The position numbers and the translations under genes were made by a program. Below, in pieces: positions 28,993 to 39,860 of a stretch of DNA of 64,000 bases (position 1 is the stretch's first letter; every line of letters starts with the position of its first letter). The notes under the pieces were generated by a model, which made no database searches, was not told where the DNA came from, and saw only the letters and a list, made by a program, of their open reading frames with translations. The stretch is from Bacillota bacterium (GTDB lineage Bacteria > Bacillota > DTU025). Where the stretch lies: positions 32,001 through 96,000 of the forward strand of contig JBMNJT010000003.1 of assembly GCA_050951805.1 (NCBI GenBank). Reading direction: 5' to 3'.

Positions 28993-31900
28993 CTAGTCGT
29001 CGTCGATGATGCTTTCGTCTCTAAGGGTGAATATGTTGCGCAATTCATCGGTGGACATTTCCGTGATCCACTCTTCGCCCGTTCCGATTATGCTGTCCGC
29101 CAATGCTCTTTTCTCATCTATCATCTGGTCAATTTGTTCTTCAACGGTGCCTCCGCAGAGGAATTTGTAGACATTGACGTTTTTCTTTTGGCCTATGCGA
29201 AAGGCCCTGTCCGTTGCCTGGTCCTCCACGGCGGGGTTCCACCAACGGTCAAAATGAAATACATAACTTGCCTGCGTCAGATTGAGCCCCAGGCCTCCGG
29301 CTTTGAGGGAGAGAATGAAGATGGGCGGCCCGTTGGGATCGTTTTGGAACCGCTCTATCATTCTGTCTCTTTCCTTTTGCGGCACGCCACCGTGAAGGAA
29401 CAACACTTCTTGCCTGAGTGCTTTGGAAAGGTAGTGCTTGAGGAGTGTTCCCATTTCGGAAAACTGCGTGAAGATAAGGGCTCTGTCCCCTTCTTCCACT
29501 ATCTCATCGAGCATTTCCTCAAGGCGCGAGAGTTTCCCTGACCGTCCTTCCAGCCTGCTGTTGTCATGCAGGAATTGCGCAGGATGATTGCAGACCTGTT
29601 TCAGCTTGAGAAGAGCCGCAAGAATAGCTCCTCTTCGCTCCATGCCTGAAGCTTCTTCGATGGTGGCGATCATGTCGCGGACAACCGCTTCATACAGGGT
29701 TGCCTGCTCCTTTGTGAGACTACAATAGACTTTGGTCTCATGCTTTTCCGGTAGGTCCTGTATTATTAGCGGGTCAGTTTTGACTCGACGCAAGATGAAG
29801 GGGGCAGTCAGCTTGCGGAGCCGGGCGGATGCTGCGGCATCGCCATAGCGCTCTATCGGCGTTGCAAAGTGTTGCCTGAAGCCTGCGGCTGAGCCAAGGT
29901 AACCGGGGTTGAGAAAATCCATGATAGACCACAGTTCAAAGAGACGGTTTTCTACGGGGGTCCCGGTCAAGGCCACCCTGAAATCCGCGGTCAGCCTGCG
30001 GGCGCTCTGAGCCTGCTTTGTGCCGTGGTTCTTTATGTTCTGTGCCTCATCCAGCACCAGCGAATTCCAGTGGAGCGATGAGAGTGTATCCTCGTCGCGA
30101 GAAAGCAGCGCGTACGTGGTGATAACCACATCGCTTTGCTTGGCTTCTTGGGCGAACTCGTCTCCTATCAGCCTGTCTGATCCGTGATGGAGCATCACAT
30201 TGAGGGAAGGGGCAAACCTGGCCAGCTCCCGCTTCCAGTTTCCCGCTACAGATGTAGGACAGACGAGTAATGACGGGCCGGGGTCCTTCTCGTAAAGGAG
30301 CAGAGCGATGATCTGGATCGTCTTGCCAAGCCCCATGTCGTCAGCGAGACAGGCGCCTAGCCCCCATTGCTTCAGAAAGGCTAGCCAAGAGTAGCCCCTG
30401 ATCTGGTATGGGCGGAGATTTCCTACGAATCCTTCGGGTTGAGGAAGCTCAGAGATCTTCTCGCCGGAATTGAGCCGGTCGAGGAGCTCTCCCATCCAGC
30501 CATCTGCTTCGATGGCTGTGACAGGAAGTCCGGTTTGAGCCTCTATTTCCTCCCCCATGCCCAAAGACAGAGAGAGTATCTCCTGCACACTCATTTGCTG
30601 TCGTCGCTTTGGGTTGTTCCAGAACCTAATGGCGGCCTCAACGTCATCAGGCCGTATTACAACCCACTCTCCCCTCACTTTTACGAGCGGCACCTTCAGC
30701 GAGGCGAGCCTGTCAAATTCCTCTGAGCTCATCTCCTGATCCCCGATGGCCACTTTCCAGTCGTAGTCCACCAGGGTGGAGGCGGTGAGGCGGCTTGACG
30801 CTGCCTGGCCGCCTACTTTGAGCGTGATGCCCACATTGGCAGCGTTACCTGAAGTTCGATCCCACCATGGTGGGACCAGCGTTCCATAGCCACCCTCTTG
30901 CAGAAGAGGACATATATCGCGCAGAAAGGAGTATGCCTCTGCCGGCGAGAGTTGGCACGATTCGGGGCATGGGTCCTTCAGGCTTTCTTCGACTTGGGGG
31001 ATGAACGAGCTCACACGGGCCAGATCGGCGAGAAGCCTCTCCTGCGGGTTCTCAAATCTTTTTCCTAGGAACCGAAGGACGCCTCCGCTTTCCTCCCATA
31101 CCTTCTCTGCGGGTACGAGCACAGACGGGTCGTCTACCGCCTGCAACAGGTATCTCAATGTCCATGGATCTTTTGGGTCTTCGGGCGTCTCCAGCTTGAA
31201 GCATGTCCGAAACCCGCCTTGCGGACCAGGCGTTTCTGCTTGAGCGGCCCACTCCTTCACCGCTCTGGACAGGGAGCGGACGTCGGATTTGTCTCCGCTG
31301 ATGCGCGAGTCCTCTCTGGCCAGGTTTGCGATCCACGAGTGGGTGGGGGAAACGACTCCCAAAAGCTCCATGGTGAGCCTGTTCTCTGCCTCGTCGCCAC
31401 GCTGGCCCAGGGCCTGGGCACGTGAAATCATCTCGCTCCGTTCGTTTTCGAGGATGGCTCTAACAGTTTCATCCATTGCTGTGCATATGAAGCTTTGAAG
31501 CAAATCCTCTTTGCAAAGGATCGAGTCCGTTGCCTGAGCGAGAGTCATTCCTGCCTCTCCAGAGCGGGCCTTGGTATGAGGCAAAACCGCCCTCGAGATG
31601 CCTGGCATAGCCTGGGCCAGTGCATCGATGCGAAGGATGTCGGTTTGTTCGTCTAATACGGGGAGCCAGACTCCCCTGAAGGAAGAGCACTGTTTGCGCT
31701 CTGATGCGCGGGCGCCCGCTGCCTGGCAGATGCCTGGAAGAAAGCGTTGCCTTGCCACGAGCTCCAGGACGAGCTTAGCAGCCAAAGACCAATATCGGAC
31801 GTCTGCTCCCAGCATGACTGGATGTTGCCCCTGAAGGCTGCATGGCAGGATCCTGGCGCTGTCAGGCAGCGCGGAGAAGATTTTGACAGCGTCCGGAGCT

Positions 31901-32346
31901 GCAATGGCGATCCCGTTCACCTGGAATAGTTCGAAGGTGGCATGAGCTTTTTGGCCGAAGGCATCCGGTTCCTCCAGAGACTCTGTCTGGCTGCCCAGGT
32001 CGGGTGATGGCTGGGGATAACCGCACACTGATGGAAGGAGCAGAAGAGCGCGGCGAAACTCTGGCGGAGCGGATGTTAGACGTTCGCTATCTTGGGCGCC
32101 GCTCGTTCCCGTTGCGATTGCCGAGAGAACCAATTTGGCCTCAGCCAGCTCTGCGCGGGTTGCTTGGAAGGGGTGTTGTTTGTAAACTCCCTGGCGTCCG
32201 CGCGCTTTGTGGCCGTAGCGTTGAGGAACTTCTGCCCAGATAAAGAAGATTCCTCCGAGAGCGCGTGCGTCGGAGATAGCTGTTGAAGTTGAAACTTTGC
32301 CCGGCGCCTGTGAAGACGACGGGAGCCATGTTGCATGAATCATCAA
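28993..32346 (-). CDS. SNF2-family helicase-like ATPase (DUF3670-type N-terminal region)
   Basis: LRPYQ, LADDMGLGKT, LDEAQNIKN, LTGTPVEN, LRRVK, SLKAGGLGLNLT, DRWWNPAVEDQATDRAFRIGQ. Confidence 0.95.
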   Translation of the reverse strand: MMIHATWLPSSSQAPGKVSTSTAISDARALGGIFFIWAEVPQRYGHKARGRQGVYKQHPFQATRAELAEAKLVLSAIATGTSGAQDSERLTSAPPEFRRALLLLPSVCGYPQPSPDLGSQTESLEEPDAFGQKAHATFELFQVNGIAIAAPDAVKIFSALPDSARILPCSLQGQHPVMLGADVRYWSLAAKLVLELVARQRFLPGICQAAGARASERKQCSSFRGVWLPVLDEQTDILRIDALAQAMPGISRAVLPHTKARSGEAGMTLAQATDSILCKEDLLQSFICTAMDETVRAILENERSEMISRAQALGQRGDEAENRLTMELLGVVSPTHSWIANLAREDSRISGDKSDVRSLSRAVKEWAAQAETPGPQGGFRTCFKLETPEDPKDPWTLRYLLQAVDDPSVLVPAEKVWEESGGVLRFLGKRFENPQERLLADLARVSSFIPQVEESLKDPCPESCQLSPAEAYSFLRDICPLLQEGGYGTLVPPWWDRTSGNAANVGITLKVGGQAASSRLTASTLVDYDWKVAIGDQEMSSEEFDRLASLKVPLVKVRGEWVVIRPDDVEAAIRFWNNPKRRQQMSVQEILSLSLGMGEEIEAQTGLPVTAIEADGWMGELLDRLNSGEKISELPQPEGFVGNLRPYQIRGYSWLAFLKQWGLGACLADDMGLGKTIQIIALLLYEKDPGPSLLVCPTSVAGNWKRELARFAPSLNVMLHHGSDRLIGDEFAQEAKQSDVVITTYALLSRDEDTLSSLHWNSLVLDEAQNIKNHGTKQAQSARRLTADFRVALTGTPVENRLFELWSIMDFLNPGYLGSAAGFRQHFATPIERYGDAAASARLRKLTAPFILRRVKTDPLIIQDLPEKHETKVYCSLTKEQATLYEAVVRDMIATIEEASGMERRGAILAALLKLKQVCNHPAQFLHDNSRLEGRSGKLSRLEEMLDEIVEEGDRALIFTQFSEMGTLLKHYLSKALRQEVLFLHGGVPQKERDRMIERFQNDPNGPPIFILSLKAGGLGLNLTQASYVFHFDRWWNPAVEDQATDRAFRIGQKKNVNVYKFLCGGTVEEQIDQMIDEKRALADSIIGTGEEWITEMSTDELRNIFTLRDESIIDDD

Positions 32347-32539
32347 AGCGCAGTCCCCCCCGAGAACAGGTTAGCACAGCTCGGACAGGGCAGCAAGGGA
32401 GCCTGCTGATTCTGCGAGATGGCCAAATTGCCATCCACTAGCCTGTGTTTTAAGCAAGTCTCGACACGTGTCTGCGCAATGTTGAAGCTTGTAGCTCTGC
32501 GGAATAGGCTTTGGCTCCTCGTCAAGACTGGGAGGCTGC

Positions 32540-33802
32540 TTACCGCAGTGACGCCCTTTTCGATTCAACCAGCGCATCCAGGAGTCTCTCAGCTTTGCCT
32601 GCATCTTGAACCAATGGATTATTGATCAGGGCTAGGAGAGCTCGGTTGTATGAATGGGTGACAGCCGCTTCTATGGTGAGCTCCTCATAAGCCTTGACCT
32701 GATGCATGAGTCCGCGTATCTCGGGCTCAATACTGCCGATGTGAATGGGGTGGGCGCCTGTGGCGTCAATTACGGCTGGAATTTCCATGACCGATGACGC
32801 CGGAAAGCCGTCGACCGCGCCCGCGTGAGGGATGTCGACTATCTCGACCTTCCCCGAGTCGTTGTATACAGACGACATTACGTCTATGGCGACGGTGGAA
32901 TAGTGGGCGCCGCCTCGCTTGGCAAGGGCAGGAGGTTTTGAGACTACAGCGGGATCTTTGTAGATTCTCATCAGCTCTGCCTCTATTTCCATTACCTCTT
33001 CTGCCCGGGTTTTTGGGGAAGATTTTTGCTCTGCTATTGAGTCATCCGGGCGGTAGAAGTATTTCAGGTATGGGGATGGCACCATACTGAGCGCCTCTGC
33101 CAGCTTTGGAGTCGCCGGGGTGCCGGATATGTTTTTCTGCATAGAAGAGGCTGCAATGGTCAGCGCCTGATCGGTTACGTCTTTGCCCAGCCAATGCACC
33201 TTTCGTATCCAGCTCAAGTGGTTCAGTCCAATGTAATCGAGGGAGATCTCGTTCGCTGGGACTCCCAGAGCTCGAGCTGCCTCGAGCTTCATGTTTATGG
33301 GAACGTTGCAGAGGCCGATCGCGCGTACTCTCCCGTGGCGCGCAATGGTTTCTGTAATGATTCCGGAGGGGTTGGTGAAGTTGATCAGCCAAGCGTCAGG
33401 GGCCGCTTCGCGCATAGTTTTGCAGATCTCGAGGATGGGAGGAATGGTCCTTATAGCCTTGGCAAATCCCGCGAACCCGGTGGTCTCTTGGCCGATGAGC
33501 CCGTGTTCCATCGCGAGTTTGCAGTCGAGATCTCGCCAGAGTTGGCCTCCGACGCGTATTTGGGTAACTACAAAGTCAGCGCCGGCTATTGCATCGCAGG
33601 ACTGTGTATGCATCTCGATGTTTAAGCTTTCCCCGGATGCGTCTACCATCCGCTTGACGAAAGAGCCAACGGTGGTGAGACGTTCTTTGTCTATATCCAT
33701 GAGACTGAGGGTTTCCACGGGGAGGTCCTGGCGGCGACGGATGAGGCCGTCCACGAGCTCCGGTGTATAAGTGCTGCCAGCGCCTACTAATGTAAGTTTC
33801 AT
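32540..33802 (-). CDS. GH4 6-phospho-beta-glucosidase-like glycosidase
   Basis: GAGSTYTPE, QIRVGG, GQETTG, INFTNPSG, GLCNVP, GLNHL, RGGAHYS, VKAYE. Confidence 0.9.
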   Translation of the reverse strand: MKLTLVGAGSTYTPELVDGLIRRRQDLPVETLSLMDIDKERLTTVGSFVKRMVDASGESLNIEMHTQSCDAIAGADFVVTQIRVGGQLWRDLDCKLAMEHGLIGQETTGFAGFAKAIRTIPPILEICKTMREAAPDAWLINFTNPSGIITETIARHGRVRAIGLCNVPINMKLEAARALGVPANEISLDYIGLNHLSWIRKVHWLGKDVTDQALTIAASSMQKNISGTPATPKLAEALSMVPSPYLKYFYRPDDSIAEQKSSPKTRAEEVMEIEAELMRIYKDPAVVSKPPALAKRGGAHYSTVAIDVMSSVYNDSGKVEIVDIPHAGAVDGFPASSVMEIPAVIDATGAHPIHIGSIEPEIRGLMHQVKAYEELTIEAAVTHSYNRALLALINNPLVQDAGKAERLLDALVESKRASLR

Positions 33803-34827
33803 TGTAAGCTCTCACTCCTGTCGAAGGTTGAATATGAGGATTCGAGCCTCTCCATGAATTCCCTGCTGGATTCTACAGCCAAACCCTTGCCTGCCAGGCG
33901 TGTTGCGAGTAAGACCGCGCCGAGGACTGGCTCGGCGGTAGGGACCATAATGCGTGCGTTGGGGTATTCGGGAAGTACTGCCTCGCGTACGGCGGTGAGG
34001 GTGATGGGGTTTGGGTTCTGGGCTATGCTGCCTGCCAGAACGACTGTTGGAGCATCTTCTGGCGAAAAAAGCTCTCTCAGGGCTGCAAGGGCTGATATTC
34101 CTAGCTCGCGCCCGTTGTCGATAAGTATCTCCACGGCTACGCTGTCTCCCCGTTCTGCTGCTTCGAACACCAGCGGGGCGATGGATGAGAAGGCAAAGCC
34201 TTCGCCATCGGCGTAGGTATGGTGGATTACTGATAGCAAATCGGATGAGCCAATATGGCTACGGATCAATTGAGACAGAAGCGTGGGGCGTCCCCGTCCG
34301 TCTTCGCCTCTGATGGCGGCGGAGTAAGCTCGAATTCCGATGACAGACCCGCCTGCGGCATCGCCAAAAGCAGGACTCAGTCCGCCAACCTGTTTTCTTT
34401 GGCCGGTAGCATTTATCCCGATGCAATTGGTTCCTGTGCCGCAGATCACGACAACTCCAGTGCCATCCTCTGAGCCTAGTGCGAGGGGTGCAAGGGCATC
34501 ATTGTCCACCTCCCAGTGCGGCCACGGAGGACTTGGCGTTATCCCGCCTATCATGTCCTCTATGATCTCGAAGTCGAGGGGACGATCTGCTCCGGAAAGC
34601 GCGTAATAGACAGCGAGGCATCCTCGAGGAGCGGATGTTATCTCGGCGATTTCGGAGATGACCTGTCTGATGTTGGATGCGGCTACATCCTTGCCTGCGC
34701 TTTGGTAGTTGGCGGGACCGGATCTTGCCGCAGCGATAATCTCTCCTGCGAGGGTGGCGGCGACTGCGAGGGTCTTGGTGCCTCCGCCGTCAACACCTAT
34801 TACATATGGTGAGTCCTTGGTAGACAT
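33799..34827 (-). CDS. BadF/BadG/BcrA/BcrD-type sugar kinase (GlcNAc-kinase-like)
   Basis: GVDGGGTKT, SGAD, VDNDA, ICGTGTN, GDAAGG, DGRG. Confidence 0.85.
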   Translation of the reverse strand: MSTKDSPYVIGVDGGGTKTLAVAATLAGEIIAAARSGPANYQSAGKDVAASNIRQVISEIAEITSAPRGCLAVYYALSGADRPLDFEIIEDMIGGITPSPPWPHWEVDNDALAPLALGSEDGTGVVVICGTGTNCIGINATGQRKQVGGLSPAFGDAAGGSVIGIRAYSAAIRGEDGRGRPTLLSQLIRSHIGSSDLLSVIHHTYADGEGFAFSSIAPLVFEAAERGDSVAVEILIDNGRELGISALAALRELFSPEDAPTVVLAGSIAQNPNPITLTAVREAVLPEYPNARIMVPTAEPVLGAVLLATRLAGKGLAVESSREFMERLESSYSTFDRSESLQ

Positions 34828-35368
34828 GCCATTGATACCTGCCTTGTTCTTAGTCGGTAGATTGCGAAGATAGTTTCACGATGATGTCCACGAGAGGATT
34901 CTGCACAAGTGGGCGTCCTCCTGTCCGTCTTTGTTTGTCCAAGTTTACTTGGTGGCCATGGTTGTGGAGATATCAGGGAGCGGGTAGCCTCTTTGTTATG
35001 TCCGCCGCATTCGAGATCTACAAGAGACGCTGGCCGAGAGAAAGAGTGATAATCGAATTGTCCCACCGTTTTGTATCCACTGTGGCTAAAGCACAGACAG
35101 AACCCGCCAACCGCGTATTCGTGAACGCGCCCTCGGCATAACTTGTCGGCCATGCCAAATAATTATTGAAACAAGGAATGAATTGCATACTGTGCATGGA
35201 ATATAAATGTGGAACCGCATACACATTGCCATGACGCTACAGAAAAACGTCGAGGCAAGGGCGGTTAGTAGTGTGAAACCTGTTACACTGTGTCTGTGTT
35301 GATGCCTAGAATCTGCAATATAGATTTCTCATCATAAGGCGAGAGAAGCGGTTGCCAGACAACCAGTT

Positions 35369-36400
35369 ATGAGAAAGTGGTGGGTTGCAATAAGCACCAT
35401 ATATGAGGTGGCGCAGAAAGCGGGAGTATCGGTCGCCACTGCCTCTCGGGCGCTCAATGACAGCGGTTACGTGAGCAGGGAGTCGAGGGACCGTGTCTTG
35501 GCCGCTGCAAAAGCACTGGACTATCACATAAACGTCAACGCGCGCAGCCTTACCAGCGGGAAAACTTACACCATCGCTCTGGTTCTGCCCGATGTCACCA
35601 ACCCGTTCTTTCCTGCGGTTGCAAGGGGTGTTGAAGACTACGCTTCTGACAATGGGTATTGTGTAATACTGTGTAATACAGACGGTAACGCGCGCAAAGA
35701 GTCTGACTATGTAAGGATGTTGCGGTCCAGAAAAGTGGACGGCGTGATATTCGCTGTCAGCGTGGCGTCGAAGTCGAGGGTAAGCGCTTTGACGGACGAT
35801 GGAATTGCGGTAGTCTTAGTCGACAGAGATTTGGGCGATTCATGCGACATTGTGAAAACCGACAATATCGCAGGAGCATTACTGGCCACAAATCACCTCA
35901 TTGGCCTCGGCCACACCAGTATCGCCTTTATCTCCGGCCCCATGTCGTTGGCGACATCTCAGGAACGTTTTCGGGGATACCACGATGCGCTTGTTTCAGG
36001 AGGAGTTTCCTTCGATGAAAGATTGGTGGTCGAGGGCGATTTCCGCATGAAGAGCGGATATGAGGCGATGCGGGACCTTCTAAGAAAGTCGTGCCAGTTC
36101 ACTGCCGTCTTTGCTGCCAATGACCTGATGGCGGTCGGCGCGATGACAGCGCTTGAGGAGAGCGGATTCCATGTGCCGACCGATGTGGCTGTTATGGGAT
36201 ACGACGATATTGATATTGCGTCGGTGACGCGTCCGCGTCTGTCGACTGTTGCGCAGCCCAAGTATGAAATGGGTTGGATTGCGGCGGAGACGGTCATCAG
36301 GCGGATGTGCAATCCCAAGGCGTCTCGCCTGGAGGAGCTTTTGCAGCCTATGTTGGTCATCAGGGATTCCACTGTGGAAAGGAGAGGTGCTTCGGTGTGA
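35369..36400 (+). CDS. rbsR: LacI-family repressor of the ribose operon (start codon uncertain)
   Basis: TIYEVAQKAGVSVATASRALN HTH; NPFF, FAANDLMA, GYDD. Confidence 0.88.
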   Translation: MRKWWVAISTIYEVAQKAGVSVATASRALNDSGYVSRESRDRVLAAAKALDYHINVNARSLTSGKTYTIALVLPDVTNPFFPAVARGVEDYASDNGYCVILCNTDGNARKESDYVRMLRSRKVDGVIFAVSVASKSRVSALTDDGIAVVLVDRDLGDSCDIVKTDNIAGALLATNHLIGLGHTSIAFISGPMSLATSQERFRGYHDALVSGGVSFDERLVVEGDFRMKSGYEAMRDLLRKSCQFTAVFAANDLMAVGAMTALEESGFHVPTDVAVMGYDDIDIASVTRPRLSTVAQPKYEMGWIAAETVIRRMCNPKASRLEELLQPMLVIRDSTVERRGASV

Positions 36401-37392
36401 GCATAGTCGTTGTGGGAAGTTGCAATATGGACTACATGATGCAGGTCACCAGTCTTCCGAAACGTGGCGAGACGATCTTTGCTGTTAGCCATTCTACTGC
36501 AGCAGGGGGAAAGGGAGCAAACCAGGCGGTTGCCGCTGCGAGGCTGGGATCTCGGGTATACATGGTTGGACGTGTGGGATCTGACGAAGCGGGGCGGGTC
36601 CTTGTGGAGAGCCTGGAAAGGGCCGGTGTAGACGCTTCGAAGGTAGGCAAAGACGCGATGGAGTCGACCGGTTCTGCCTATATAACCGTGGATCGAGATG
36701 GAGCTAATACCATCGTCGTGAACCGGGGCGCCAATTTCGCCATAAAACCTTCACATGTGACGGCCGCTGAAAGCCTGATTCAGGAGGCAGATGTTGTTGT
36801 TGTGCAGCTGGAGACGCCGATTGAGGTAGTCTTCCAGGCCTTGAGGTTAGCACGAAAGCATGGTGCTGTGACGGTGCTCAATCCTGCTCCAATGGCGCCG
36901 TTGAAAGGGGAGATGCTGGCGCTTGCCGACTGGCTGATTCCAAATGAGACGGAGGCGTTCTCGTTGCTGCGTTCGTTGGGTCTATCGCGGGAGCCAAACG
37001 GCAAGATAGTGAAAGGCAGGGATCCTGCTATAGATGTTGCCAGAAGGCTGGCGAATGTGACGGGCTCCAATGTGGTTGTGACTTTTGGGGACAAAGGATG
37101 TGCATATGCAGGCCCGCTCGATCGCGAAGGCATCGCCTTTCCAGCTTACGAGGTAGACGCGATAGACACGACCGGGGCGGGCGATACATTTGTTGGAGCG
37201 CTCGCGTGCGTGTTGGACGAGAGCTTAGGGGGTTCCATAGATATTGCCACGCTTATTGCCCGTGCGCAGGCAGCGGCAGCCATCTCCACTACTAGTCTTG
37301 GAGCGCAGACCTCAATGCCGATCCGCACCGAGGTGGAAGAATTCTTGGCGGAAAGGGGAGGAGGTAGTGGACATGGGCGACAAAGAGGTTGA
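36397..37392 (+). CDS. rbsK: Ribokinase (PfkB family)
   Basis: GSCNMD, GGKGANQAVAAARLG, QLETP, PNETEA, DTTGAGDTFVG; GTGA overlap. Confidence 0.92.
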   Translation: MSIVVVGSCNMDYMMQVTSLPKRGETIFAVSHSTAAGGKGANQAVAAARLGSRVYMVGRVGSDEAGRVLVESLERAGVDASKVGKDAMESTGSAYITVDRDGANTIVVNRGANFAIKPSHVTAAESLIQEADVVVVQLETPIEVVFQALRLARKHGAVTVLNPAPMAPLKGEMLALADWLIPNETEAFSLLRSLGLSREPNGKIVKGRDPAIDVARRLANVTGSNVVVTFGDKGCAYAGPLDREGIAFPAYEVDAIDTTGAGDTFVGALACVLDESLGGSIDIATLIARAQAAAAISTTSLGAQTSMPIRTEVEEFLAERGGGSGHGRQRG

Positions 37393-38893
37393 TCCTATCC
37401 TCAGCATGGAAGGCATATGCAAGAGCTTTCCCGGAGTAAAAGCCTTGGACGGCGTCGATTTCAGCCTATGGCCCAAAGAGGTGCATGCGCTGGTAGGCGA
37501 GAACGGGGCCGGAAAGTCCACTCTCATCAAGATCTTAGCCGGCGTATATAAAATGGATTCCGGGAAGATCCTGGTCGAAGGCCGGCCAGTTGACATCAGT
37601 TCTCCGCGCCAGGCTCAAGAACACGGCATTAGCGTGGTTCACCAAGAGTTCACGCTCGTGCCGCAGATGACTGTTGCTGAGAACATCATGCTATCGAACA
37701 TGCCATCTATTCCTGGGCTCAGGAGCTTGGTTGACAAGAAAACCATGGTCTATGAGTCTGAGAAGATCCTCAACGGCCTTGGTGTGGACATTGACGTCTT
37801 CGCGCCTGTCCGGTTACTGACCATGGCCGAGCAGCAGATAGTAGAGATTGCAAAAGCGCTGTCTGGAAAGACCCGCATCCTCGTGATGGATGAACCTACA
37901 GCAGCCTTGTCTAACGTCGAGGTGGAGCGGCTGTTCGATGTCATCCGAACCCTGATTTTGAAGGGCATAGCTGTTATTTATATCTCCCACAAACTCGAAG
38001 AAGTCTTTCGAATATCCCACAGGATCACTGTCCTTAGAGACGGGCGAGTCGTTTCAAGTTCGCCAATTTCGGAAGTTACGCGAAATGAAGTCGTCAAACA
38101 GATGGTAGGCCGCGAGCTGACAACGATGTACGATAGATGCAAGGCGGACATTGGAGGCCCTGCAATGGAAGTTAAGGGCTTGCTTTTGGATCCGGCAGGA
38201 GAGCCTATATCCTTCACAGTTCACGAAGGCGAGATCCTGGGAATCGCAGGCTTGATGGGCGCCGGTCAGATTCAGTTGGCGAGGGCTCTTTTCGGGATAG
38301 GGCGGACGTACGGCGGAGAGGTTCTTCTCCGGGGAAGACCGGCTAGTCTCTCATCTCCGAGCAAGGCAGTGAGATCCGGTGTGGGCTTGGTGACTGAAAA
38401 CAGAAATGAAGAAGGCCTTGTTCAGCTGCTTTCAGTTTCGAAGAACATCACCATTACGGTTCTGGATGCCATTTCCCGCAGGGGTGTGCTCTCTTCTTGG
38501 ATGGAGGACCGCATTGTTACCGAGAAAATCGAGGAGTTGGACATAAGAACACCGTCTCCAAAGCAGCCTGTCATGAACTTGTCCGGCGGAAACCAGCAGA
38601 AGGTAGTACTTGCAAAGTGGCTTGCTGTTGACCCTGATGTGATGATCATGTGTGAGCCCACGCGCGGCATAGATGTTGGGGCGAAGGCTGAGATCTACAG
38701 GCTCATAGGAGGCATGGCCAAGAACGGCAAGGCAGTGCTCCTGATTTCCTCTGAGATACCCGAGGTTGTTGGAATGAGCGATAGAGTTTTGGTGTTGCAT
38801 TCGGGCAGAGTCGTAGGCGAACTGATGGGCGATGAGTGCACACAGGAAGCGGTATTGAGATTGGCGACTGGGGGTAGTGTTGTTGGCGCCTAG
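37373..38893 (+). CDS. rbsA: Sugar ABC double ATPase
   Basis: KSFPGVKAL, GENGAGKSTL, MDEPTA, LSGGNQQK, EPTRGIDVGAK. Confidence 0.92.
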   Translation: MGDKEVDPILSMEGICKSFPGVKALDGVDFSLWPKEVHALVGENGAGKSTLIKILAGVYKMDSGKILVEGRPVDISSPRQAQEHGISVVHQEFTLVPQMTVAENIMLSNMPSIPGLRSLVDKKTMVYESEKILNGLGVDIDVFAPVRLLTMAEQQIVEIAKALSGKTRILVMDEPTAALSNVEVERLFDVIRTLILKGIAVIYISHKLEEVFRISHRITVLRDGRVVSSSPISEVTRNEVVKQMVGRELTTMYDRCKADIGGPAMEVKGLLLDPAGEPISFTVHEGEILGIAGLMGAGQIQLARALFGIGRTYGGEVLLRGRPASLSSPSKAVRSGVGLVTENRNEEGLVQLLSVSKNITITVLDAISRRGVLSSWMEDRIVTEKIEELDIRTPSPKQPVMNLSGGNQQKVVLAKWLAVDPDVMIMCEPTRGIDVGAKAEIYRLIGGMAKNGKAVLLISSEIPEVVGMSDRVLVLHSGRVVGELMGDECTQEAVLRLATGGSVVGA

Positions 38894-39833
38894 GCCTGTT
38901 ATCGATATTCTCAGACGTTACGGGATGACTTTCATACTTTTGGCCATGATCGCTGCCCTTTCATTCATGAATCCGCGGTTCTTCTCTGTTTCGAACTTTT
39001 TGACAATAATGAGGCAGGTGGCGATCAACGGAGCACTGGCGGCAGGCATGACCATGGTGATACTTACGGGAGGGATAGACCTTTCGGTGGGCGGAAATGT
39101 GGCCTTAGCGGGGTGTTTTGCAGCAGGCGCTCTGCAATCCACAGGCAACCCTTGGATTGCGATTGTCGTGGCGCTTGGGGTGGGGCTCATGATCGGCATG
39201 GTCAATGGCTTCTTTGTTTCTTATGCGAAGCTCCCGCCATTCATTGTTACTTTGGCTACGTTGGCGCTTGCCAGAGGTTTTACGTTGGTGTACACGGAGG
39301 GCAGGCCAATACTGGTCGATTCTCCAATCTTCGAAGTGATAGGCGGCGGTTTCTTGGCGGGCGTGCCAGTGCCAGTTCTTATCGTGGCAGTGGTCTATTT
39401 GATAGTCGGCTTCGTGTTGAACCGGACGAAGTTTGGACGGCTTGTTTACGCTATAGGCGGAAATGAACAGGCCTGCAGGCTGTCGGGAGTAAACGTTGAG
39501 AGAACCAAGATGTTAGTTTACGTATGGTGCGGCCTTCTGGCAGGGCTGTCATCGGTGATTCTATCAGCGAGGCTGCTTTCAGCCCAGCCCACTGCGGGGA
39601 CGGGTTACGAGCTTGATGCCATTGCTGCAGTTATCCTTGGGGGCACGAGCTTGTCCGGGGGTGAAGGCGGCGTAGGAGGGACGCTTGTCGGCGCTTTCAT
39701 TATTGGAGTGTTGGCGAACGGACTCAATCTGCTCAATGTGTCTCCGTTCTACCAGGATGTGGCCAAAGGCGCTGTGATTCTGGCGGCTGTGCTCATGGAC
39801 AAGGCCTTTCACAGCACTGCCGATGCCAGGTGA
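38877..39833 (+). CDS. rbsC: Ribose ABC permease
   Basis: VILTGGIDLSVG, PPFIVTL, YAIGGN, GYELDAIAAVILGGTSL. Confidence 0.9.
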   Translation: MLLAPRPVIDILRRYGMTFILLAMIAALSFMNPRFFSVSNFLTIMRQVAINGALAAGMTMVILTGGIDLSVGGNVALAGCFAAGALQSTGNPWIAIVVALGVGLMIGMVNGFFVSYAKLPPFIVTLATLALARGFTLVYTEGRPILVDSPIFEVIGGGFLAGVPVPVLIVAVVYLIVGFVLNRTKFGRLVYAIGGNEQACRLSGVNVERTKMLVYVWCGLLAGLSSVILSARLLSAQPTAGTGYELDAIAAVILGGTSLSGGEGGVGGTLVGAFIIGVLANGLNLLNVSPFYQDVAKGAVILAAVLMDKAFHSTADAR

Positions 39834-39860
39834 TAGACGAAGGATGGAGGACGATAGAGA

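Noticed and set aside
28852-29541. Long antisense ORFs (e.g. 28852..29541, 21960..22799, 62897..63763, 12904..13722)
   Set aside because: Shadow frames opposite well-supported genes in GC-rich DNA, with no recognisable motifs
28030-32346. SNF2/SWIM as an anti-phage defence system
   Set aside because: No accompanying nuclease, methylase or other defence genes; matches the common housekeeping-type pair
35271-35288. GTGTGAAACCTGTTACAC as an RbsR/cre operator
   Set aside because: Plausible position, but it lacks the central CG of LacI-family operators; too weak to call
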